This document shows, piece after piece, positions 1 to 10,859 of a stretch of 64,000 nt of DNA. Each line of letters begins with the position of its first letter. Position 1 is the first letter of the stretch. A program made the translations under genes and the position numbers. Location of the stretch: contig OZ059899.1 in the NCBI GenBank assembly GCA_964057225.1, forward strand, positions 19,406,001 to 19,470,000. The letters are read 5' to 3'. This stretch comes from Auanema rhodensis (Eukaryota > Animalia > Nematoda). Below the pieces are notes generated by a model. It worked only from the letters and a program-made list of their open reading frames with translations, was not told where the DNA came from and did not search any database.

Positions 1-176
1 AATGTACACGTGGTGTGCACCCGGTATGTAACTCGCTTCACGTGAAAGATAAAGAGATGAGGTTTTCCCAATTAGATTCCCCATGTCCATATTAGTCTAA
101 AAACAAATTTTTATCGATATTGGTGCATGGTAACCATGACTTTGAAATTTACGTGAACTTTATTTTATGCTACATA

Positions 177-3100
177 AATGTACACGTGGTGTGCACTCGG
201 TATGTAACTCGCTTCACGTGAAAGATAAAGAGATGCGGTTTTCGAAATTAGATTCCCCATGTCCATATTAGTCTAAAAACAAATTTTTATTGATATTGGT
301 GCATGGTAACCATGACTTTGAAATTTACGTGAACTTTAATTTATGCTAATTAAATGTACACGTGATGTGCACTTGGTATGTAACTCGCTTCACGTGAAAG
401 ATAAAGAGATGCGGTTTTCAAAAATAGATTCCTCATGTCCATATTAGTCTAAAAACAAATTTTTATTGATATTGGTGCATGGTAACCATGACTTTGAATT
501 TTACGTGAACTTTAATTTATGCTAATTAAATGTACACGTGATGTGCACTTGGTATGTAACTTGCTTCACGTGAAAGATAAAGAGATGCGGTTTTCAGAAT
601 TAGATTTCCCATGTCTATATTAGTCTTAAAACAAATTTTTATTGATATTGGTGCATGGTAACCATGACTTTGAAATTTACGTGAACTTTAATTTATGCTA
701 ATTAAATGTACACGTGGTGTGCACTCGGTATGTAACTCGCTTCACGTGAAAGATAAAGAGATGCGGTTTTTAAAATTAGACTCCCCATGTCCATATTAGT
801 CTAAAAACAAATTTTTATTGATATTGGTGCATGGTAACCATGACTTTGAAATTTACGTGAGCTTTAATTTATGCTAATTAAATGTACACGTGGTGTGCAC
901 TCGGTATGTAACTCGCTTCACGTGAAAGATAAAGAGATGCGGTTTTTAAAATTAGATTCTCCATGTCCATATTAGTCTGAAAACAATTTTTTACTGATAT
1001 TGGTGCATGGTAACCATGACTTTGAAATTTACGTGAACTTTAATTTATGCTAATTAAATGTACAAGTGATGTGCACTTGGTATGTAACTCGCTTCACGTG
1101 AAAGATAAAGAGATGCGGTTTTCACAATTAGATTCCCCATGTCCATATTAGTCTAAAAACAAATTTTTATTGATATTGGTGCATGGTAACCATGACTTTG
1201 AAATCTACGTGAACTTTAATTTATGCTAATTAAATGTACACGTGATGTGCACTTGGTATGTAACTCGCTTCACGTGAAAGATAAAGAGATGCGGTTTTCA
1301 AAATTAGATTCCCCATGTCCATATTAGTCTAAAAACAAATTTTTATTGATATTGGTGCATGGTAACCATGACTTTGAAATTTACGTGAACTTTAATTTAT
1401 GCTAATTAAATGTACACGTGGTGTGCACTCCGCATGTAACTCGCTTCACGTGAAAGATAAAGAGATGCGGTTTTCAAAATTAGATTCCCCATGTCCATAT
1501 TAGTCTAAAAACAAATTTTTATTGATATTGGTGCATGGTAACCATGACTTTGAAATTTACGTGAACTTTAATTTATGCTAATTAAATGTACACGTGGTGT
1601 GCACTTGGTATGTAACTCGCTTCACGTGAAAGATAAGGAGTTTCAAAATTAGATTCCCCATGTCCATATTAGTCTTAAAACAAATTTTTATTGATATTGG
1701 TGCATGGTAACCATGACTTTGAAATTTACGTGAACTTTATTTTATGCTACATAAATGTACACGTGGTGTGCACTCGGTATGTAACTCGCTTCACGTGAAA
1801 GATAAAGAGATGCGGTTTTCGAAATTAGATTCCCCATGTCCATATTAGTCTAAAAACAAATTTTTATTGATATTGGTGCATGGTAACCATGACTTTGAAA
1901 TTTACGTGAACTTTAATTTATGCTAATTAAATGTACACGTGATGTGCACTTGGTATGTAACTCGCTTCACGTGAAAGATAAAGAGATGCGGTTTTCAAAA
2001 ATAGATTCCCCATGTCCATATTAGTCTAAAAACAAATTTTTATTGATATTGGTGCATGGTAACCATGACTTTGAATTTTACGTGAACTTTAATTTATGCT
2101 AATTAAATGTACACGTGATGTGCACTTGGTATGTAACTTGCTTCACGTGAAAGATAAAGAGATGCGGTTTTCAAAATTAGATTTCCCATGTCCATATTAG
2201 TCTTAAAACAAATTTTTATTGATATTGGTGCATGGTAACCATGACTTTGAAATTTACGTGAACTTTAATTTATGCTAATTAAATGTACACGTGGTGTGCA
2301 CTCGGTATGTAACTCGCTTCACGTGAAAGATAAAGAGATGCGGTTTTTAAAATTAGACTCCCCATGTCCATATTAGTCTAAAAACAAATTTTTATTGATA
2401 TTGGTGCATGGTAACCATGACTTTGAAATTTACGTGAGCTTTAATTTATGCTAATTAAATGTACACGTGGTGTGCACTCGGTATGTAACTCGCTTCACGT
2501 GAAAGATAAAGAGATGCGGTTTTTAAAATTAGATTCTCCATGTCCATATTAGTCTGAAAACAATTTTTTACTGATATTGGTGCATGGTAACCATGACTTT
2601 GAAATTTACGTGAACTTTAATTTATGCTAATTAAATGTACAAGTGATGTGCACTTGGTATGTAACTTGCTTCACGTGAAAGATAAGGAGATGCGGTTTTC
2701 ACAATTAGATTCCCCATGTCCATATTAGTCTAAAAACAAATTTTTATTGATATTGGTGCATGGTAACCATGACTTTGAAATCTACGTGAACTTTAATTTA
2801 TGCTAATTAAATGTACACGTGATGTGCACTTGGTATGTAACTCGCTTCACGTGAAAGATAAAGAGATGCGGTTTTCAAAATTAGATTCCCCATGTCCATA
2901 TTAGTCTAAAAACAAATTTTTATTGATATTGGTGCATGGTAACCATGACTTTGAAATTTACGTGAACTTTAATTTATGCTAATTAAATGTACACGTGGTG
3001 TGCACTCGGTATGTAACTCGCTTCACGTGAAAGATAAAGAGATGCGGTTTTTAAAATTAGACTCCCCATGTCCACATTAGTCTAAAAACAAATTTTTATT

Positions 3101-5611
3101 GATATTGGTGCATGGTAACCATGACTTTGAAATTTACGTGAGCTTTAATTTATGCTAATTAAATGTACACGTGGTGTGCACTCGGTATGTAACTCGCTTC
3201 ACGTGAAAGATAAAGAGATGCGGTTTTTAAAATTAGATTCTCCATGTCCATATTAGTCTGAAAACAATTTTTTACTGATATTGGTGCATGGTAACCATGA
3301 CTTTGAAATTTACGTGAACTTTAATTTATGCTAATTAAATGTACAAGTGATGTGCACTTGGTATGTAACTTGCTTCACGTGAAAGATAAGGAGATGCGGT
3401 TTTCAAAATTAGATTCCCCATGTCCATATTAGTCTAAAAACAAATTTTTATTGATATTGGTGCATGGTAACCATGACTTTGAAATCTACGTGAACTTTAA
3501 TTTATGCTAATTAAATGTACACGTGATGTGCACTTGGTATGTAACTCGCTTCACGTGAAAGATAAAGAGATGCGATTTTCAAAATTAGATTCCCCATGTC
3601 CATATTAGTCTAAAAACAAATTTTTATTGATATTGGTGCATGGTAACCATGACTTTGAAATTTACGTGAACTTTAATTTATGCTAATTAAATGTACACGT
3701 GGTGTGCACTCCGTATGTAACTCGCTTCACGTGAAAGATAAAGAGATGCGGTTTTTAAAATTAGATTCCCCATGTCCATATTAGTCTGAAAACAATTTTT
3801 TACTGATATTGGTGCATGGTAACCATGACTTTGAAATTTACGTGAACTTTAATTTATGCTAATTAAATGTACAAGTGATGTGCACTTGGTATGTAACTCG
3901 CTTCACGTGAAAGATAAGGAGTTTCAAAATTAGATTCCCCATGTCCATATTAGTCTTAAAACAAATTTTTATTGATATTGGTGCATGGTAACCATGACTT
4001 TGAAATTTACGTGAACTTTATTTTATGCTACATAAATGTACACGTGGTGTGCACTCGGTATGTAACTCGCTTCACGTGAAAGATAAAGAGATGCGGTTTT
4101 CGAAATTAGATTCCCCATGTCCATATTAGTCTAAAAACAAATTTTTATTGATATTGGTGCATGGTAACCATGACTTTGAAATTTACGTGAACTTTAATTT
4201 ATGCTAATTAAATGTACACGTGATGTGCACTTGGTATGTAACTCGCTTCACGTGAAAGATAAAGAGATGCGGTTTTCAAAAATAGATTCCCCATGTCCAT
4301 ATTAGTCTAAAAACAAATTTTTATTGATATTGGTGCATGGTAACCATGACTTTGAATTTTACGTGAACTTTAATTTATGCTAATTAAATGTACACGTGAT
4401 GTGCACTTGGTATGTAACTTGCTTCACGTGAAAGATAAAGAGATGCGGTTTTCAAAATTAGATTTCCCATGTCCATATTAGTCTTAAAACAAATTTTTAT
4501 TGATATTGGTGCATGGTAACCATGACTTTGAAATTTACGTGAACTTTAATTTATGCTAATTAAATGTACACGTGGTGTGCACTCGGTATGTAACTCGCTT
4601 CACATGAAAGATAAAGAGATGCGGTTTTTAAAATTAGACTCCCCATGTCCATATTAGTCTAAAAACAAATTTTTATTGATATTGGTGCATGGTAACCATG
4701 ACTTTGAAATTTACGTGAGCTTTAATTTATGCTAATTAAATGTACACGTGGTGTGCACTCGGTATGTAACTCGCTTCACGTGAAAGATAAAGAGATGCGG
4801 TTTTTAAAATTAGATTCTCCATGTCCATATTAGTCTGAAAACAATTTTTTACTGATATTGGTGCATGGTAACCATGACTTTGAAATTTACGTGAACTTTA
4901 ATTTATGCTAATTAAATGTACAAGTGATGTGCACTTGGTATGTAACTTGCTTCACGTGAAAGATAAGGAGATGCGGTTTTCACAATTAGATTCCCCATGT
5001 CCATATTAGTCTAAAAACAAATTTTTATTGATATTGGTGCATGGTAACCATGACTTTGAAATCTACGTGAACTTTAATTTATGCTAATTAAATGTACACG
5101 TGATGTGCACTTGGTATGTAACTCGCTTCACGTGAAAGATAAAGAGATGCGGTTTTCAAAATTAGATTTCCCATGTCCATATTGGTCTAAAAACAAATTT
5201 TTATTGATATTGGTGCATGGTAACCATGACTTTGAAATTTACGTGAACTTTAATTTATGCTAATTAAATGTACACGTGGTGTGCACTCCGTATGTAACTC
5301 GCTTCACGTGAAAGATAAAGAGATGCGGTTTTTAAAATTAGATTCCCCATGTCCATATTAGTCTGAAAACAATTTTTTACTGATATTGGTGCATGGTAAC
5401 CATGACTTTGAAATTTACGTGAACTTTAATTTATGCTAATTAAATGTACAAGTGATGTGCACTTGGTATGTAACTCGCTTCACGTGAAAGATAAGGAGTT
5501 TCAAAATTAGATTCCCCATGTCCATATTAGTCTTAAAACAAATTTTTATTGATATTGGTGCATGGTAACCATGACTTTGAAATTTACGTGAACTTTAATT
5601 TATGCTAATTA
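177..5611. repeat. Array A 9-mer HOR (1577 bp), three copies; the middle copy is expanded to a 13-mer
   Basis: The same ordered variant series (TTTCGAAA; AAAATAG+GAATTTT; GATTTCCC; GACTCC+GAGCTTT; TTCTCC+CTGAAAAC; TACAAG+AATCTA; near-consensus; CTCCG; 7-bp deletion) starts at 177, 1754 and 4035. In the middle copy, 2282-2985 is duplicated as 2986-3689. Confidence 0.9.
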
Positions 5612-8582
5612 AATGTACACGTGATGTGCACTTGGTATGTAACTTGCTTCACGTGAAAGATAAAGAGATGCGGTTTTCAAAATTAGATTCCCCATGTCCA
5701 TATTAGTCTTAAAACAAATTTTTATTGATATTGGTGCATGGTAACCATGACTTTGAAATTTACGTGAACTTTAATTTATGCTAATTAAATGTACACGTGG
5801 TGTGCACCCGGTATGTAACTCGCTTCACGTGAAAGATAAAGAGATGAGGTTTTCCCAATTAGATTCCCCATGTCCATATTAGGTTAAAAACAAATTTTTA
5901 TCGATATTGGTGCATGGTAACCATGACTTTGAAATTTACGTGAACTTTATTTTATGCTACATAAATGTATACGTGGTGTGCACTCGGTATGTATCTCGCT
6001 TCACGTGAAAGATAAAGAGATGCGGTTTCCAAAATTAGATTCCCCATGTCCATATTAGTCTAAAAACAGTTTTTTACTGATATTGGTGCATGGTAACCAT
6101 GATTTTGAAATTTACGTGAACTTTAATTTATGCTAATTAAATGTACAAGTGATGTGCACTTGGTATGTAACTCGCTTCACGTGAAAGATAAGGAGTTTCA
6201 AAATTAGATTCCCCATGTCCATATTAGTCTTAAAACAAATTTTTATTGATATTGGTGCATGGTAACCATGACTTTGAAATTTACGTGAACTTTAATTTAT
6301 GCTAATTAAATGTACACGTGATGTGCACTTGGTATGTAACTTGCTTCACGTGAAAGATAAAGAGATGCGGTTTTCAAAATTAGATTCCCCATGTCCATAT
6401 TAGTCTTAAAACAAATTTTTATTGATATTGGTGCATGGTAACCATGACTTTGAAATTTACGTGAACTTTAATTTATGCTAATTAAATGTACACGTGGTGT
6501 GCACCCGGTATGTAACTCGCTTCACGTGAAAGATAAAGAGATGAGGTTTTCCCAATTAGATTCCCCATGTCCATATTAGTCTAAAAACAAATTTTTATCG
6601 ATATTGGTGCATGGTAACCATGACTTTGAAATTTACGTGAACTTTATTTTATGCTACATAAATGTACAAGTGATGTGCACTTGGTATGTAACTTGCTTCA
6701 CGTGAAAGATAAGGAGATGCGGTTTTCACAATTAGATTCCCCATGTCCATATTAGTCTAAAAACAAATTTTTATTGATATTGGTGCATGGTAACCATGAC
6801 TTTGAAATCTACGTGAACTTTAATTTATGCTAATTAAATGTACACGTGATGTGCACTTGGTATGTAACTCGCTTCACGTGAAAGATAAAGAGATGCGGTT
6901 TTCAAAATTAGATTCCCCATGTCCATATTGGTCTAAAAACAAATTTTTATTGATATTGGTGCATGGTAACCATGACTTTGAAATTTACGTGAACTTTAAT
7001 TTATGCTAATTAAATGTACACGTGGTGTGCACTCCGTATGTAACTCGCTTCACGTGAAAGATAAAGAGATGCGGTTTTTAAAATTAGATTCCCCATGTCC
7101 ATATTAGTCTGAAAACAATTTTTTACTGATATTGGTGCATGGTAACCATGACTTTGAAATTTACGTGAACTTTAATTTATGCTAATTAAATGTACAAGTG
7201 ATGTGCACTTGGTATGTAACTCGCTTCACGTGAAAGATAAGGAGTTTCAAAATTAGATTCCCCATGTCCATATTAGTCTTAAAACAAATTTTTATTGATA
7301 TTGGTGCATGGTAACCATGACTTTGAAATTTACGTGAACTTTAATTTATGCTAATTAAATGTACACGTGATGTGCACTTGGTATGTAACTTGCTTCACGT
7401 GAAAGATAAAGAGATGCGGTTTTCAAAATTAGATTCCCAATGTCCATATTAGTCTTAAAACAAATTTTTATTGATATTGGTGCATGGTAACCATGACTTT
7501 GAAATTTACGTGAACTTTAATTTATGCTAATTAAATGTACACGTGGTGTGCACCCGGTATGTAACTCGCTTCACGTGAAAGATAAAGAGATGAGGTTTTC
7601 CCAATTAGATTCCCCATGTCCATATTAGTCTAAAAACAAATTTTTATCGATATTGGTGCATGGTAACCATGACTTTGAAATTTACGTGAACTTTATTTTA
7701 TGCTACATAAATGTACACGTGGTGTGCACTCGGTATGTATCTCGCTTCACGTGAAAGATAAAGAGATGCGGTTTCCAAAATTAGATTCCCCATGTCCATA
7801 TTAGTCTAAAAACAGTTTTTTACTGATATTGGTGCATGGTAACCATGATTTTGAAATTTACGTGAACTTTAATTTATGCTAATTAAATGTACAAGTGATG
7901 TGCACTTGGTATGTAACTCGCTTCACGTGAAAGATAAGGAGTTTCAAAATTAGATTCCCCATGTCCATATTAGTCTTAAAACAAATTTTTATTGATATTG
8001 GTGCATGGTAACCATGACTTTGAAATTTACGTGAACTTTAATTTATGCTAATTAAATGTACACGTGATGTGCACTTGGTATGTAACTTGCTTCACGTGAA
8101 AGATAAAGAGATGCGGTTTTCAAAATTAGATTCCCCATGTCCATATTAGTCTTAAAACAAATTTTTATTGATATTGGTGCATGGTAACCATGACTTTGAA
8201 ATTTACGTGAACTTTAATTTATGCTAATTAAATGTACACGTGGTGTGCACCCGGTATGTAACTCGCTTCACGTGAAAGATAAAGAGATGAGGTTTTCCCA
8301 ATTAGATTCCCCATGTCCATATTAGTCTAAAAACAAATTTTTATCGATATTGGTGCATGGTAACCATGACTTTGAAATTTACGTGAACTTTATTTTATGC
8401 TACATAAATGTACACGTGGTGTGCACTCGGTATGTATCTCGCTTCACGTGAAAGATAAAGAGATGCGGTTTCCAAAATTAGATTCCCCATGTCCATATTA
8501 GTCTAAAAACAGTTTTTTACTGATATTGGTGCATGGTAACCATGATTTTGAAATTTACGTGAACTTTAATTTATGCTAATTA
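5443..8582. repeat. Array A 4-mer HOR (697 bp) nested in a 10-mer (1746 bp) duplication
   Basis: Deletion monomers start at 5443, 6140, 7189 and 7886 (spacings 697, 1049, 697). The ATTGGTCTAA variant and its spurious ORF recur 1746 bp apart (5081 and 6827). Confidence 0.85.
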
Positions 8583-10547
8583 AATGTACACATGGTGTGC
8601 ACTCGGTATGTAACTCGCTTCACGTGAAAGATAAAGAGATGCGGTTTTCAAAATTAGATTCCCCATGTCCATATTAGTCTAAAAACAAATTTTTATTGAT
8701 ATTGGTGCATGGTAACCATGACTTTGAAATTTACGTGAACTTTAATTTATGCTAATTAAATGTACACGTGATTTGCACTTGGTATGTAACTCGCTTCACG
8801 TGAAAAATAAAGAGATGCGGTTTTCAAAATTAGATTCCCCATGTCCATATTAGTCTAAAAACAAATTTTTATTGATATTGGTGCATGGTAACCATGACTT
8901 TGAAATTTACGTGAACTTTAATTTATGCTAATTAAATGTACACGTGATGTGCACTTGGTATGTAACTTGCTTCACGTGAAAGATAAAGAGATGCGGTTTT
9001 CAAAATTAGATTCCCCATGTCCATATTAGTCTTAAAACAAATTTTTATTGATATTGGTGCATGGTAACCATGACTTTGAAATTTACGTGAACTTTAATTT
9101 ATGCTAATTAAATGTACACGTGGTGTGCACTCGGTATGTAACTCGCTTCACGTGAAAGATAAAGAGATGCGGTTTTTAAAATTAGATTCCTCATGTCCAT
9201 ATTAGTCTAAAAACAAATTTTTATTGATATTGGTGCATGGTAACCATGACTTTGAAATTTACGTGAACTTTAATTTATGCTAATTAAATGTACACGTGGT
9301 GTGCACTCGGTATGTAACTCGCTTCACGTGAGAGATAAAGAGATGCGGTTTTTAAAATTAGATTCCCCATGTCCATATTAGTCTGAAAACAAATTTTTAT
9401 TGATATTGGTGCATGGTAACCATGACTTTGAAATTTACGTGAACTTTAATTTATGCTAATTAAATGTACACGTGATTTGCACTTGGTATGTAACTCGCTT
9501 CACGTGAACGATAAGGAGATGCGGTTTTCAAAATTAGATTCCCCATGTCCATATTAGTCTAAAAACAAATTTTTATTGATATTGGTGCATGGTAACCATG
9601 ACTTTGAAATTTACGTGAACTTTAATTTATGCTAATTAAATGTACACGTGATTTGCACTTGGTATGTAACTCGCTTCACGTGAAAAATAAAGAGATGCGG
9701 TTTTCAAAATTAGATTCCCCATGTCCATATTAGTCTAAAAACAAATTTTTATTGATATTGGTGCATGGTAACCATGACTTTGAAATTTACGTGAACTTTA
9801 ATTTATGCTAATTAAATGTACACGTGATGTGCACTTGGTATGTAACTTGCTTCACGTGAAAGATAAAGAGATGCGGTTTTCAAAATTAGATTCTCCATGT
9901 CCATATTAGTCTTAAAACAAATTTTTATTGATATTGGTGCATGGTAACCATGACTTTGAAATTTACGTGAACTTTAATTTATGCTAATTAAATGTACACG
10001 TGATGTGCACTTGGTATGTAACTTGCTTCACGTGAAAGATAAAGAGATGCGGTTTTCAAAATTAGATTCCCAATGTCCATATTGGTCTTAAAACAAATTT
10101 TTATTGATATTGGTGCATGGTAACCATGACTTTGAAATTTACGTGAACTTTAATTTATGCTAATTAAATGTACACGTGGTGTGCACCCGGTATGTAACTC
10201 GCTTCACGTGAAAGATAAAGAGATGAGGTTTTCCCAATTAGATTCCCCATGTCCATATTAGTCTAAAAACAAATTTTTATCGATATTGGTGCATGGTAAC
10301 CATGACTTTGAAATTTACGTGAACTTTATTTTATGCTACATAAATGTACACGTGGTGTGCACTCGGTATGTATCTCGCTTCACGTGAAAGATAAAGAGAT
10401 GCGGTTTCCAAAATTAGATTCCCCATGTCCATATTAGTCTAAAAACAGTTTTTTACTGATATTGGTGCATGGTAACCATGATTTTGAAATTTACGTGAAC
10501 TTTAATTTATGCTAATTAAATGTACAAGTGATGTGCACTTGGTATGT

Positions 10548-10559
10548 TGGTACACCCTG
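10548..10559. other. 12-bp junction filler (TGGTACACCCTG) between satellite A and satellite B
   Basis: The A match ends at ...CACTTGGTATGT (10547; consensus continues AACTC). The B register starts at AAGCTGCGTCG (10560; consensus is preceded by GATTTTT). Confidence 0.93.
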
Positions 10560-10859
10560 AAGCTGCGTCGATCTGTGTTATCAGATTTGCGCTAGCTTAA
10601 AAATGCACCGAGATATCAACTGAAATAAGTTAACACATATATCCTCGATTTTCACCCTGAAGAATTAATTTTTTTGTTGAATAACATTGTCCATCGTCTT
10701 CGCCTTGAAAAAAGGAATCTAAAAACATCTATTTTTTGTGAAATTATTTTGAAATTTTTAGGGAAAATTTTTGTCAAAATGTTTTTGGAAGCAATGTTGA
10801 GTGTACATGGAAACTCAACATACACTAATGCATCATTTTTCAAACGATCATAACTAATT

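Larger units (their letters stand above)
1..10547. repeat. Satellite array A, 176-bp monomer, 60 full copies plus a 29-bp partial copy; probably continues beyond the left edge
   Basis: AATGTACA recurs at 1, 177, 353 and so on. The last monomer starts at 10519 (60x176 minus 6x7 = 10518). Consensus is approximately AATGTACACGTGRTGTGCACTYGGTATGTAACTCGCTTCACGTGAAAGATAAAGAGATGCGGTTTTCAAAATTAGATTCCCCATGTCCATATTAGTCTAAAAACAAATTTTTATTGATATTGGTGCATGGTAACCATGACTTTGAAATTTACGTGAACTTTAATTTATGCTAATTA. Copies differ by only a few substitutions. Confidence 0.99.

Noticed and set aside
5081-7009. Two 60 aa ORFs in satellite A
   Set aside because: They arise from a TAG-to-TGG substitution present in a few monomers and are duplicated by the 1746-bp HOR.
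1-10547. Identity with known satellites of similar length (Brassica 176 bp, Arabidopsis 178 bp, primate alpha 171 bp)
   Set aside because: Only the length is similar. I recognise no sequence match from memory, and a database search is needed.
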